A stretch of 64,000 nt of DNA from Samistivirus egole (IMGVR_UViG_2974779775_000001:60108-124107), one strand, 5' to 3'. Positions 19,065 to 28,292 are shown, counted from the first letter of the stretch. Notes: a model not told the origin generated them from the sequence alone. Numbers and translations: made by a program.

Positions 19065-21020
19065 ATGGCTAATTCAACACCCTTGCTTGGAGCAGGAAAC
19101 GTCACCACAGCAAGCAACGCAAATGCGACATCAGTAACCGTTGCCAAGCCAGCTAATCTGGCAAACGGGCATTACATGTTCGCAGCTATCCTACAAAGGA
19201 ATGCGGCCGGTACGTGGACTGTTCCTTCCGGCTGGACCGAAGTTGGTGTAACTCAGCAGGATTACGTTGACTGCAAGGTGTATTACAAATACGTGGCTAC
19301 AGCCTCAGCAGAGAGTGCGTCTAACTATACATGGACGACCAACAAGACTGCCGAGCGAATTGTAGCTATTCTTTGGCTTCAAACCAATACCGACACCACA
19401 ACTGCAATTGATGCACTAGGCTCTGGTACGGCTACAGCACCCAACAGAACAAGCATGAATTTCGCGTCTGTCAATGCAGTAAGTGACCACGCGACTCTGT
19501 TCACCATTGGCTATTCCACAATTGCAGGAGGAAGCTCAGCACCAGTTGGAAGCACTCCAAGCGGTATGACTGAGATTGCCAACGTCAACATCGCTAACAG
19601 CGTACCTAATGCTCTTGACCTCAAGGTGTCATACCAAGTTCTATCTGTCACTGGAGCTACAGGAACAAGGACGACTACCTATTCACCGGCCGCATCTGGT
19701 TCTGGTGGATTCACATTCACAGTAAAGCCTCTTGGAGCAGCACCACCAACTGTCATCGCATTGAGACAGGGACTTGCGGACAAGGACAAAATCCGTGTCC
19801 TCAGCAGGACAAGCAGTGCGACATCTGTCCGCCTAGCAGTGTCACTGTCAAGTGACATGTCCTCACCTGTATATTCATCAGCAGTGACACCGGACAGCGA
19901 TGGCTACTCTAAACTGACTGTCACTGGTTTGTCCCAGGACACACAGTATTACTTCGCCCTGGAAATGAACGGTGTCCTGGATGTCACAATCGTGGGACAG
20001 ACGAGGACATTCCCTGTCACTGGCTCTTTTAGCTTTCTTGCTGCGTCATGCTCTTTCACTGCGTCAAACCATGCAGTCTTCGATGCCATGCGCACACGAG
20101 TAGGGCCAGACGGACTGCCTGCAAGATTCTTTGCTCATCTGGGAGACGTGCACTATGAGCATGCCAGTTACACGTCTAATCCGATAGCTCCGAATGACCC
20201 TGTGGAGCACCGTACGAATTATGAGAATTCTCTGATGACCGCCAGACAGTCTGCTCTTTGGCGCAATATTCCAGTGAGCCATACGTACTCAGACAACGAC
20301 TTCTGCGGAAGTAACTCTGATAGCACGTATGCCGGTCGGCCAGCAATCATCAGCGTTCGTCATCAGATTATGATTGACCCGCCTCTTTCTGATAGTCAGG
20401 GAAACGGACTCTGGAGAACCTGGGTAATCGGAAGAGTAAGATTCATTCAGACTGACAGCCGTACTTATATGAGTGCAAGAGGGTCTACAGATAATTCATC
20501 AAAGACTATGCTGGGAGCAGAACAGAAAGCTTGGCTTAAGAGTCAACTTCTACAGCCAGAGCTTCTGAAAGTCTGGCTACATGACCAAGCATGGGGAGGA
20601 ATAGCAACAAACCCCGGTACAAATGATACTTGGCAAGCCTTCAATACTGAGAGAGTAGAGATAGGAAACTTCATCTCTTCCAATCAAGTCAAGGTAGTCT
20701 ATGTACATGGCGATAGCCATCGCCTTTCTGCTGATGATGGAATTCTTAACACAAGGGGAGGATTCCCAACAATCTCCTGTGCTCCTATGGACCAATCAGC
20801 TCAAGGAGGGGATTCATCAGGAGAAGCAAATTCAGCAGGAGTCTATCCTGCTTATGGAGTTACACAACAAGGGAATCACTATGGATGGTTTGATGTTGAT
20901 GACGATGGCTATGAACTCTCCTTGATATTCAAGGGGTACGACTCAGGAGGAACACAGAGAGTAACAATGACAGTTACAGTCAGTCCTGATGTAGCCATTG
21001 GATGGGGATATCCTCTCTGA
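19065..21020 (+). CDS. PhoD-like metallophosphatase with a large N-terminal domain
   Basis: FLAASCSF, LGDVHYEHA, HTYSDNDF and VHGDSH motifs resemble PhoD / calcineurin-like phosphoesterases. The N-terminal ~250 aa are Thr/Ser/Ala-rich. Confidence 0.55.
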   Translation: MANSTPLLGAGNVTTASNANATSVTVAKPANLANGHYMFAAILQRNAAGTWTVPSGWTEVGVTQQDYVDCKVYYKYVATASAESASNYTWTTNKTAERIVAILWLQTNTDTTTAIDALGSGTATAPNRTSMNFASVNAVSDHATLFTIGYSTIAGGSSAPVGSTPSGMTEIANVNIANSVPNALDLKVSYQVLSVTGATGTRTTTYSPAASGSGGFTFTVKPLGAAPPTVIALRQGLADKDKIRVLSRTSSATSVRLAVSLSSDMSSPVYSSAVTPDSDGYSKLTVTGLSQDTQYYFALEMNGVLDVTIVGQTRTFPVTGSFSFLAASCSFTASNHAVFDAMRTRVGPDGLPARFFAHLGDVHYEHASYTSNPIAPNDPVEHRTNYENSLMTARQSALWRNIPVSHTYSDNDFCGSNSDSTYAGRPAIISVRHQIMIDPPLSDSQGNGLWRTWVIGRVRFIQTDSRTYMSARGSTDNSSKTMLGAEQKAWLKSQLLQPELLKVWLHDQAWGGIATNPGTNDTWQAFNTERVEIGNFISSNQVKVVYVHGDSHRLSADDGILNTRGGFPTISCAPMDQSAQGGDSSGEANSAGVYPAYGVTQQGNHYGWFDVDDDGYELSLIFKGYDSGGTQRVTMTVTVSPDVAIGWGYPL

Positions 21021-21021
21021 G

Positions 21022-21050
21022 TTGACACCACCTTGAGCCCATGCTAGGGT
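21022..21050 (+). promoter_or_regulatory. SigA-type promoter
   Basis: TTGACA-N17-TAGGGT, followed by a TCTAGA-rich palindromic region. Confidence 0.45.
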
Positions 21051-21122
21051 AGTATTACACTAGAGAAAATAAAGAAAAAGATGTTTAGATATTCTCTAGA
21101 ATCTAGATAGAATATAGGGAAA

Positions 21123-21407
21123 ATGAGACTGTTTGAACTTCATAGAGACGTAGATTCATCTGGCGTCTCTGGAACAGGAGTGGTTGCACAGGGAGTCCAG
21201 TTTGACAATGGTCAGTGTTGTATGACATGGTTGACCTCCTGGAACTCAGTTGCTGTGTATCCAAACATTGAGACTCTTGAGAACATCCATGGACACAACG
21301 GTAACACTCGTGTAGTCTTTGTTGAAGGTCCGGTAGAGAAGACTGTCAGAGTTGCTGGCAAGGATGTTCCAGTCCAGTCAGTTGACAGGTTCTCCGAGAA
21401 CCGGTAG
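21123..21407 (+). CDS. hypothetical protein
   Basis: + strand ORF. Confidence 0.45.
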   Translation: MRLFELHRDVDSSGVSGTGVVAQGVQFDNGQCCMTWLTSWNSVAVYPNIETLENIHGHNGNTRVVFVEGPVEKTVRVAGKDVPVQSVDRFSENR

Positions 21408-21484
21408 AGTAGAACGTAGATGGTCGGCAAGCAGGTAAGAGAGGAACACAGGAGCTTGAGCCACAACCCCTCCGCCATCACCTT

Positions 21485-21560
21485 GCGTCTGTAGTATAGT
21501 CTGGTCTAATGCACCTGATTGTCAATCAGGAAATCGCGGGTTCAAATCCCGTCAGGCGCG
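21485..21560 (+). tRNA. tRNA-Asp (anticodon GTC)
   Basis: Acceptor GCGTCTG/CAGGCGC, anticodon stem CCTGA/TCAGG with loop TTGTCAA, T-arm GCGGG-TTCAAAT-CCCGT. Confidence 0.65.
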
Positions 21561-21561
21561 C

Positions 21562-21726
21562 ATGGCTATCAGATTCTGTCCATCATGTATGCAAAATGTC
21601 GTAACCATCGTGCAAAAGTCGAACTGCAAGCACTGTGGTACAGTTACTAAGTCGGTAGATGAGAAGCTTCCTCTACCAGACGAAGGCGAAGTCAACGACT
21701 TGACAGGTAAGCATCGTAAGGAGTAA
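21562..21726 (+). CDS. small zinc-ribbon protein
   Basis: 54-aa ORF with CPSC...CKHC. Confidence 0.35.
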   Translation: MAIRFCPSCMQNVVTIVQKSNCKHCGTVTKSVDEKLPLPDEGEVNDLTGKHRKE

Positions 21727-21727
21727 T

Positions 21728-21916
21728 ATGCCTAAGTACGAAATCAAGGGGACAATTCCCTTCGGCAATGATACTGAAATTGTCGATGATGTGTACGAAG
21801 CAAAGAACGAACTGGAAGCAAATCGGAAGTTCAATGCACGAGTGCAGGAGATTTCCAGGCAGACTGGTCGTAAGACGACAGGTAAGCCAAATGTAACAAT
21901 CACCCTCAAGCGGTAG
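21728..21916 (+). CDS. hypothetical protein
   Basis: + strand ORF. Confidence 0.4.
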   Translation: MPKYEIKGTIPFGNDTEIVDDVYEAKNELEANRKFNARVQEISRQTGRKTTGKPNVTITLKR

Positions 21917-21924
21917 GGTGTTAT

Positions 21925-21995
21925 CCCGGCGTGGTGTAATGGAAACACACTTCGTTGTCAGCGAAATGTCGAGGGTTCGATTCCTTTCGTCGGGA
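21925..21995 (+). tRNA. tRNA, anticodon GTC by eye (Asp-like), imperfect anticodon stem
   Basis: Acceptor CCCGGCG/CGTCGGG, D-arm GTGT-AATGGAA-ACAC, loop TTGTCAG, T-loop TTCGATT. Confidence 0.45.
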
Positions 21996-22000
21996 CAATA

Positions 22001-22039
22001 GGGTTCAAATTTGACAAAACATTTGAACCCATGTAGTGT
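22001..22039 (+). promoter_or_regulatory. promoter embedded in a perfect 10-bp inverted repeat
   Basis: GGGTTCAAAT-[TTGACAAAAC]-ATTTGAACCC, then TAGTGT 17 nt after TTGACA, directly upstream of the HNH gene. Confidence 0.4.
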
Positions 22040-22045
22040 AGTAGT

Positions 22046-22396
22046 ATGCCATTTTCCAATGAAGAGGAGCGAAAGGCGTACGCTAAGGCTCACTACGAAA
22101 AGAACAAACATGTCTACAAAGAACGTAATAATCGTTCACGGCAAAAGAGAGAAGACTTCGTCTTCGACCTTAAGAAAAACAATCCGTGTGCTGATTGTGG
22201 AGAGTTCTATCATCCATGTCAGATGCAGTATGACCACATAGCTGATGACAAAGAAGCTACTGTGAGTTGGCTAGTTCGCAATGGAACAATCAAGAAGATT
22301 GAAACTGAGATTGCCAAGTGTGAACTTGTTTGTGCCAACTGTCACGCATTGAGAACGTGGACCAGACATGAAAAGAATTGCGGGTCGAAAGAGTAA
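22046..22396 (+). CDS. HNH endonuclease
   Basis: CADCG...YDHI...N...CANCH. Confidence 0.75.
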   Translation: MPFSNEEERKAYAKAHYEKNKHVYKERNNRSRQKREDFVFDLKKNNPCADCGEFYHPCQMQYDHIADDKEATVSWLVRNGTIKKIETEIAKCELVCANCHALRTWTRHEKNCGSKE

Positions 22397-22451
22397 GTCG
22401 GTTATCTTCCTTTGAATAAGAAACAGGTAGGTTCGAATCCTACGTAGCCCA
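22382..22451 (+). ncRNA. tRNA-like element (uncertain)
   Basis: T-arm GTAGG-TTCGAAT-CCTAC and an anticodon-like loop CTTTGAA (TTG). The acceptor and D-arm are poor. Confidence 0.3.
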
Positions 22452-22494
22452 AGGCACGGGCGACTCCGACTCTCACCTATATATCCGCACTAGT

Positions 22495-22824
22495 ATGAAC
22501 ACTGAGCAAAGAATTGAAAAGCTGAAAGAACTCTGGAATGATGGCTGGTACCTTGAGGATGCCATCGATGAAATTGGTGACCTAGTAGAAGACGGTGAAT
22601 TCAAGCCGGTACTAGTGGATACCATTGAGGAGCATGAGTCTCGTTGGATGATTCATACTCTTGACATTGCTGAGCTTGACAAGGGCGTATACGTAGGTGT
22701 ACGTTGGGAGCGAGGCAAGACGGAGATGCAAGAGAATATCTTCGATGACAAGAACGTCTACCTTCTTGAAAGAGTCGAGAAGGTTGTCACTACAGTCGAT
22801 TGGAATGACAAGAAGAAGCTATGA
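22495..22824 (+). CDS. hypothetical protein
   Basis: + strand ORF. Confidence 0.45.
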   Translation: MNTEQRIEKLKELWNDGWYLEDAIDEIGDLVEDGEFKPVLVDTIEEHESRWMIHTLDIAELDKGVYVGVRWERGKTEMQENIFDDKNVYLLERVEKVVTTVDWNDKKKL

Positions 22825-23237
22825 AGAATTGGCTCGGTCATGAAATCGAGGTTGGCGCAGTAGTCTTTCGCGGCGGAAAGCAGGGCACATCGTCCTCTTT
22901 CCGCGTCGGCGTTGTAGACGACATTAACGAAGAAAAGCGAACGGCACGTGTAGAATGGCATTGGGTTCCTAGTAACAGAACTATCTGGGACAAGGATACC
23001 TATCAGTATTCTCACATGGATGACAATCGCTACTACGTTTCTGGTCCTGCAAAAGCCAGCACTCAGAGAACTCGCTATCACATCAACGACCTTGCGCGAC
23101 TTGATGACGGTATGCTAGAGTACCTAGAACGACGATACAGGCTCATTGAAGCCGCAATCCATTACAAGATTCGTGAAGACGACTTTGCTCAGTTTGAGCA
23201 TGACTTCGAGATGGGTCTTGTTCCTGAATACAACTAA
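22821..23237 (+). CDS. hypothetical protein
   Basis: + strand ORF whose start overlaps the upstream stop. Confidence 0.45.
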   Translation: MKNWLGHEIEVGAVVFRGGKQGTSSSFRVGVVDDINEEKRTARVEWHWVPSNRTIWDKDTYQYSHMDDNRYYVSGPAKASTQRTRYHINDLARLDDGMLEYLERRYRLIEAAIHYKIREDDFAQFEHDFEMGLVPEYN

Positions 23238-23262
23238 TTATCCTTAGAAAGGGTCGAAAGAA

Positions 23263-24915
23263 ATGTCAAACGCACTTAACACTGCTGCCAAGGGTCTGAA
23301 CAAGACTCCTCAGTCTCAGAAGGCTAAGGCAGGTCAGGTAAAGAACAACGCTGGTGGATTCGTCTTCCAGGTTTCTGACCAGGCTCGCCTAGAGCGATTC
23401 CTGATTCTGGGTGTAGACGGTGGCACTTATTACGTCAAGGAGAGTGCACACGCTCGTTCCAACGTACAGTTCCTCAACGAGATGATTGAGCGAGACGAAG
23501 CCTCTGTACTGAACACCATTGTGGACGTGTCTGTCAATGGTCGTGCATACAAGCAGTCTCCTGCCCTGTTCGCTCTAGCCTCTGTCATTGCCAATGGTAA
23601 GAACAAGCAGGCGGTCAAGGCGGTATTCAATCGTGTCGTTCGTACAGGCACTCACCTGTATGAGCTTCTGAACTACCTTACTTCAATGAACGTTGGGTGG
23701 GGTCGTTCAAAGCGAGAGATTGTTGCTTCTTGGTTCGACCGAGATGCTGACAAGCTGGCTTATCAGGCGGTCAAGTACCGTTCTCGTAAGTTCGGTGAGC
23801 AGACTTGGACACTCCGAGACGTAATGCGTCTTTCCCACCCACGAGATGTGAACACGTCTGTTGCAGATTTTGTTCTCGGCAAGCCTCACGATGCTACCGA
23901 TGACCTTCGGGTTATCGAGGGCTTCAAGAAGATGCAGAGGGCTCAGTCTGTCGAGGACGTTCACAGCGTTCTCCGTGAGTACGAGATGCTTTCATGGGAG
24001 ACAATCCCAACTCAGTTCCTCAAGGACGTGAGTGTGTGGAAGCGAATCTTCGCTAACGGACAGCTCCGTGGCCAGGCTCTTGTTCGAAACATCACTCGCC
24101 TCGCGCGAATTGGTGCTTTCCAGGACATGCGCTTTGCTGCTGCGTATGCGGGACAGCTCACAAATCAGGAGATGATTGTACAGACTCGTCTGCATCCAAT
24201 CAACTTCCTGAATGCGTCTGTCGTGTACAACGAAGGCCAGATGAAGACCGTAAGGGACCGCTGGGGCTTCGAGCGCGAGGAGCGTGTAAAGGACTGGACA
24301 ACTGAGAGTGTTATTGCGGATGCCCTCAATGAGGGATTCCACAAGGCATTCAAGGCTGTCGAGCCTGCCGGTAAGCGAACGATGCTGGCTCTGGACGTAT
24401 CAGGCTCCATGAGTGCAAAGGCTAACGGTCTCGACCTTAGCTGTGCTCAGGTTTCTGCTGCAATGTCTATGGCCATCGCTCGTACCGAGCCTGCTCACAT
24501 CATCCGTGGATTCACGTCCAATGGATATGGCTGGTCTGGTCGCAACAGTGACCTTACCGACCTTGGTATCAGCGCTAAGACAGACCTTGCTACGGCAATG
24601 CGTAATGTCCAGCGTCACAACTGGGGTGGTACGGACTGTAGCCTTCCAATGCGTTGGGCTCTGGACCGTGGAATTGAAGTAGACACGTTCGTCATTATCA
24701 CCGATAATGACACGTGGGCTGGTGAAATCCACCCATTCCAGGCGCTCAAGGAGTACCGTAAGAAGACTGGCATTCCAGCTCGTCTGGCAGTTCTGGGAGT
24801 TCAGGCAACTGAATTCACCATCGCTGACCCAAGCGACGCAGGAATGATGGACTTCGTAGGGTTTGACAGCAATGCACCTCGTGTGCTCGCTGACTTCTCC
24901 GCAGGTCGCATCTGA
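23263..24915 (+). CDS. rsr: Ro60 (TROVE domain) ortholog with C-terminal vWA domain
   Basis: TROVE-like N-terminus (GGFVFQVSDQARLERFLILGVDGGTYY) and a C-terminal MIDAS motif (LALDVSGSMS). The length of 550 aa matches the bacterial Rsr architecture. Confidence 0.7.
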   Translation: MSNALNTAAKGLNKTPQSQKAKAGQVKNNAGGFVFQVSDQARLERFLILGVDGGTYYVKESAHARSNVQFLNEMIERDEASVLNTIVDVSVNGRAYKQSPALFALASVIANGKNKQAVKAVFNRVVRTGTHLYELLNYLTSMNVGWGRSKREIVASWFDRDADKLAYQAVKYRSRKFGEQTWTLRDVMRLSHPRDVNTSVADFVLGKPHDATDDLRVIEGFKKMQRAQSVEDVHSVLREYEMLSWETIPTQFLKDVSVWKRIFANGQLRGQALVRNITRLARIGAFQDMRFAAAYAGQLTNQEMIVQTRLHPINFLNASVVYNEGQMKTVRDRWGFEREERVKDWTTESVIADALNEGFHKAFKAVEPAGKRTMLALDVSGSMSAKANGLDLSCAQVSAAMSMAIARTEPAHIIRGFTSNGYGWSGRNSDLTDLGISAKTDLATAMRNVQRHNWGGTDCSLPMRWALDRGIEVDTFVIITDNDTWAGEIHPFQALKEYRKKTGIPARLAVLGVQATEFTIADPSDAGMMDFVGFDSNAPRVLADFSAGRI

Positions 24916-24917
24916 GC

Positions 24918-24943
24918 AAATCCCCTCTTCGGAGGGGATTTTT
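24918..24943 (+). terminator. rho-independent terminator
   Basis: AAATCCCCTC-TTCG-GAGGGGATTT followed by TTT. Confidence 0.6.
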
Positions 24944-25114
24944 GCTATACTGAATAGATGATTAGTAAAGAAGAACGTAAACAACTCAAACTCGCAAGGT
25001 CTAAGGCAGAACTAGTAAGAACTGTGACAAGTGTTTTTCAGATGATTATTGCATCTGCTACACTCATCATCCTAGTCTATGTGAACTTCATGCGTTGACA
25101 CAGCTCCTACGAAG

Positions 25115-25312
25115 GTGTACTCTCGATACATGAAGGAAGACGAGCCTGGCGTTTCAATCCTCAGTCTATTGAGGATGTTCAGGCGTGCAAAGAAAGTTCG
25201 GCCGGTAGTGGTAGAGTCCACCTGTGGCCATTGTAAGACTAAGTACGATATCCATAAGGGCCATATGTGTCCCTATATCAGAGACCTCTATGCAAAGATG
25301 GAGAAACCATGA
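25115..25312 (+). CDS. small zinc-binding protein
   Basis: CGHC...HMC. Confidence 0.4.
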   Translation: MYSRYMKEDEPGVSILSLLRMFRRAKKVRPVVVESTCGHCKTKYDIHKGHMCPYIRDLYAKMEKP

Positions 25313-25515
25313 GTTACAAGGCAGAGACCTTCACTCGTACTGGCAATGGCAAGATGGGCAACAGCATTAAGGCTCTGGCCGCCAGTAACCACTTGAAGGT
25401 AAACAGTTTCAGTGCGGTTGGTTGGGTTCTCAAGACCATCACCATTACCGTTTATGGTCACGTTGATGACATCGCTCGTTTCGAGAGTCAGCTCCCGGAA
25501 GGTGTTCAGTCTTGA
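25310..25515 (+). CDS. hypothetical protein
   Basis: ATG preceded by GATGGAGAAACC. Confidence 0.4.
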
Positions 25516-25892
25516 GCAATAGCTTTTATCATGCTCGTAGCTCTGCACGGAAATGGGGAGGTGAGCCAGAGGACTACATTGCCATTCACGAGTGGCTTGA
25601 TGCATCCAAGGCTCACTTCGGAGACGCCCGGCACAGAGCGTTGCGTCATCACACAGAAGGATGCTGGGAGGCCGAACGAGTCTTTGGCCTCACCATCACA
25701 GTAAAGAAGAAAAGGACAGGCGTAGAAGTACGAGTGCCTGTTCGTGAAATTGCTGAGCAGCATGTCTTTGAAGACTTGGGATGGCTTCCAAGTCTGTCAG
25801 ACTGGCTTGGTAACATGGAACTCAAGGCATGGATGGGTGGTAAGATAAAGACCACAGTCTCTCGTGCCGATACATTGAAGGGAAGCAAGTGA
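25512..25892 (+). CDS. hypothetical protein
   Basis: + strand ORF. Confidence 0.45.
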   Translation: MSNSFYHARSSARKWGGEPEDYIAIHEWLDASKAHFGDARHRALRHHTEGCWEAERVFGLTITVKKKRTGVEVRVPVREIAEQHVFEDLGWLPSLSDWLGNMELKAWMGGKIKTTVSRADTLKGSK

Positions 25893-26413
25893 CAAATCTA
25901 TATGGTCGTACTCTGCAAGGCGAGCCGCAGGATGACGACAGTTGGCCTGAGCAGGACGATACGTCTATCCTGATTGCTGGTATTGACAAGCTGCTTGACA
26001 TGGAGCACGTTGCTTCTGTACGCTGGGAGCAGTACACACCGAGCTTTAATGACGGTGAGCCTTGTCGATTCAGCATCCATCGTGTTGCGGTAAGTCTCAA
26101 GGGATTTGCTGTTCCAGCGGATGGATTTGAATCAGCCGAAGACCGGTGGTACGATGAAGACGAAGAGGTCTTCTTCGATGAGTATGAGCTTTACGAGTAT
26201 GCTGTCAACGAAGATGGTAGTAAGAACTGGGACGAGCACGTATATGAGATTCAAGGTATTCCTACCAAGGAAATCAAGGCTGCTCTGAGCGAGTTCGAGA
26301 AGCTTCTTGACAATGGTGCTCACTATGCATGGCTCATGACATCATTTGGAGACCCGGCAGAGGTGACGGCAACATCTGATACCTTTGCTGTAGAACGTTG
26401 TGAGCACGAGTAA
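25889..26413 (+). CDS. acidic hypothetical protein
   Basis: + strand ORF rich in Asp and Glu. Confidence 0.45.
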   Translation: MTNLYGRTLQGEPQDDDSWPEQDDTSILIAGIDKLLDMEHVASVRWEQYTPSFNDGEPCRFSIHRVAVSLKGFAVPADGFESAEDRWYDEDEEVFFDEYELYEYAVNEDGSKNWDEHVYEIQGIPTKEIKAALSEFEKLLDNGAHYAWLMTSFGDPAEVTATSDTFAVERCEHE

Positions 26414-26421
26414 GGAGCTAT

Positions 26422-26607
26422 ATGTCTTTGGAACACATTGACGCCGAACGTATCCTTGACCTCATCTCCGGAACCATTGATGGTGGATGGAATGATGGTA
26501 TCGAGGCATTCGTAGGTGCGTCCAATGATGGAGAGTTTCTGAATGTCGAAGTTGAAGATGACGACGGCACGAAGAAGCGCTTCACCCTGACTATAGAAGA
26601 ACTATAG
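26422..26607 (+). CDS. hypothetical protein
   Basis: + strand ORF. Confidence 0.4.
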   Translation: MSLEHIDAERILDLISGTIDGGWNDGIEAFVGASNDGEFLNVEVEDDDGTKKRFTLTIEEL

Positions 26608-26662
26608 CCAAAGCTTCTCATAATCATTCGTCAGATATAATGATTGTGAGAGGAGGGTAAAG

Positions 26663-26944
26663 ATGGCTTATTACCCAATTAACCAGTTCTTCTACGACTC
26701 AGAGACTAACAACATCATCGTTCAGTTCGCTGTATATACCGAAAAGACTTATGAAACAGCAGAGATGGACGACCCATATGATGTAGTTGAGGCAGAACTC
26801 TTCCTGGATGCAGGTAAGTTCAAGATTGGTGAGTACCGTCCAGCAGCACTTGATGGTAGTGTAACTCAGGAGTTCATCGGTCGTGACCTAGGTCAGGCAC
26901 CTAACATAACTCCACCCAATCCAGTTCCAGAAGAACCAGCTTGA
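26663..26944 (+). CDS. hypothetical protein
   Basis: RBS GAGGAGGG precedes the ORF. Confidence 0.45.
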   Translation: MAYYPINQFFYDSETNNIIVQFAVYTEKTYETAEMDDPYDVVEAELFLDAGKFKIGEYRPAALDGSVTQEFIGRDLGQAPNITPPNPVPEEPA

Positions 26945-26969
26945 CAGACTAGTCTAGTCACGCTAGACT
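26941..26969 (+). promoter_or_regulatory. SigA-type promoter with a 10-bp palindrome in the spacer
   Basis: TTGACA-N17-TAGACT. The spacer contains AGACTAGTCT. Confidence 0.4.
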
Positions 26970-27011
26970 AACTTATACAGCGCAGGACGGGGCGCTCACA
27001 AATCCGTTCAC

Positions 27012-27082
27012 GCCCCTATAGTCTAAGGGTAGGATGCAAGATTCTCAATCTTGTGGTCGGAGTTCAATTCTCCGTAGGGGTA
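27012..27082 (+). tRNA. tRNA-Glu (anticodon CTC)
   Basis: Acceptor GCCCCTA/TAGGGGT, anticodon stem CAAGA/TCTTG with loop TTCTCAA, T-arm CGGAG-TTCAATT-CTCCG. Confidence 0.65.
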
Positions 27083-27083
27083 C

Positions 27084-27335
27084 GTGCCAGCTAAGATACC
27101 AACTCAAATAGAAGCAAGAATAGTAGTAGCCATCCTAACCGGAATCATTGGCTGCATATTTGCCAGCTTCTTGATGGTTGGATGTATAACTGAAAGCAAT
27201 GAAACAAGCAAGATGAAGGCTTGTGTAGCTAAAAGTATGGAATGGGTAAACGCGCCCGGTGGTCCTGAGTGCAGGAAGCCGCTTGACAGACTCCCACAGC
27301 CAAGCTACAGTAGTAGTAACGAAGACAAGCAGTGA
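27084..27335 (+). CDS. putative lipoprotein
   Basis: Signal peptide with a lipobox (LMVGC). Confidence 0.45.
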   Translation: MPAKIPTQIEARIVVAILTGIIGCIFASFLMVGCITESNETSKMKACVAKSMEWVNAPGGPECRKPLDRLPQPSYSSSNEDKQ

Positions 27336-27339
27336 ACAT

Positions 27340-27413
27340 GCCCCGTTGGTCTAGCGGTTAGGATACCGGACTTTCAATCCGTGTGAACGTCGGTTCGAAT
27401 CCGACACGGGGTA
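27340..27413 (+). tRNA. tRNA-Glu (anticodon TTC)
   Basis: Acceptor GCCCCGT/ACGGGGT, D-loop TCTAGCGGTTAGG, loop CTTTCAA, T-arm GTCGG-TTCGAAT-CCGAC. Confidence 0.6.
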
Positions 27414-27446
27414 CTCCAAAAAAAACAAACCGAAAGGTACAAGAAA

Positions 27447-27650
27447 ATGGCTTGTCGCATTGCAGTGGTTCTCAAGGGTCAAGAGCCTGGTACTCCGATT
27501 ACCGGCCTCAAGACGCGAGACGAGTATCGTGAGGCTTTCACCAAGGCAATTCAGGAGAAGGCATCAACCATCACTGTGACTGACCAGGATGGTGACTACT
27601 ACATTCTGGTGGTTGACCAGATTCAAGCGTTTGCTGTAGAATCTATCTAA
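27447..27650 (+). CDS. hypothetical protein
   Basis: + strand ORF. Confidence 0.4.
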   Translation: MACRIAVVLKGQEPGTPITGLKTRDEYREAFTKAIQEKASTITVTDQDGDYYILVVDQIQAFAVESI

Positions 27651-27673
27651 GCAAGCAGGCCGGAAAGGCCCAA

Positions 27674-27744
27674 GCCCGGTTAGCTCAATGGGAGAGCGGC
27701 GCGTTTACACCGCGTATACGGGGGTTCGATTCCCTCACTGGGTA
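27674..27744 (+). tRNA. tRNA-Val (anticodon TAC)
   Basis: Acceptor GCCCGGT/ACTGGGT, D-arm GCTC-AATGGGA-GAGC, anticodon stem GCGCG/CGCGT with loop TTTACAC, T-loop TTCGATT. Confidence 0.65.
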
Positions 27745-27748
27745 CGCT

Positions 27749-27846
27749 GGAGAGTTGAAAGTCTTGAAAAGTTGGTCACTCAGTAGAGATTGTTTTACAT
27801 GCAGGTTTAACCAACCTCCATGCCGGGTTCGAATCCGGACTCTCCG
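27749..27846 (+). ncRNA. 98-nt tRNA-like RNA with non-tRNA interior
   Basis: Perfect 7-bp acceptor GGAGAGT/ACTCTCC and a TTCGAAT T-loop. The interior holds an 8-bp hairpin CATGCAGG/CCTCCATG and a long-range TTGGT/ACCAA pairing. No canonical D or anticodon arm is visible. Confidence 0.4.
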
Positions 27847-27855
27847 TTGACTTAT

Positions 27856-27932
27856 GGGTTTGATTGGTATAAGGTTACTGAAAGCCGACAATGGACCGGT
27901 AACTGTAGAGGGTTCGAATCCCTCCAAATCCA
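27856..27932 (+). ncRNA. atypical 77-nt tRNA-like element
   Basis: Acceptor GGGTTTG/CAAATCC and T-arm GAGGG-TTCGAAT-CCCTC. The 45-nt interior is not foldable into standard arms by eye. Confidence 0.3.
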
Positions 27933-28004
27933 CTTGGTGATAAAGCTCCCCAAGCTGATAGTCCATATCAGCCGGACACTTGGCGGTGACGCCCTTCACC
28001 TTAT

Positions 28005-28079
28005 GCGCCGTTGACGGGAACTGGCATACCTAGTTGACTTAGAATCAACTGCTTGGGAGTTCGACTCTCCCACGGCGTA
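28005..28079 (+). tRNA. tRNA with anticodon TAG (Leu codon CUA) but a short variable arm
   Basis: Acceptor GCGCCGT/ACGGCGT, anticodon stem AGTTGA/TCAACT with loop CTTAGAA, a 4-nt variable loop, T-arm GGGAG-TTCGACT-CTCCC, A73. Confidence 0.5.
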
Positions 28080-28106
28080 CTCCATAACTACAAAGACAAG
28101 GATGCA

Positions 28107-28208
28107 CATGGCAGCCTGCCCAAAGGGTGGTAAGCATGAATGGAAAATGTGGTCTGGAAAGTATCGTTGTCGCAAGTGTGGTGAAACAAGTAAGATACAG
28201 CCTACATA
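28107..28208 (+). CDS. small zinc-ribbon peptide
   Basis: About 33 aa: MHMAACPKGGKHEWKMWSGKYRCRKCGE... Confidence 0.3.
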
Positions 28209-28218
28209 GGTTGTTTAT

Positions 28219-28292
28219 GCGTCGGTAGCCCAATGGCAGGAGGCACCAGTCTTAGGAACTGGACAGTGTGAGTTCGAGTCTCACCCGGCGTA
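28219..28292 (+). tRNA. tRNA with anticodon TAG (Leu-like), short variable arm
   Basis: Acceptor GCGTCGG/CCGGCGT, anticodon stem CCAGT/ACTGG with loop CTTAGGA, T-arm GTGAG-TTCGAGT-CTCAC, A73. Confidence 0.5.

Noticed and set aside
24400-24984. Minus-strand 194-aa ORF overlapping the Ro60 C-terminus.
   Set aside because: Antisense to a motif-supported gene. It runs through the terminator hairpin.
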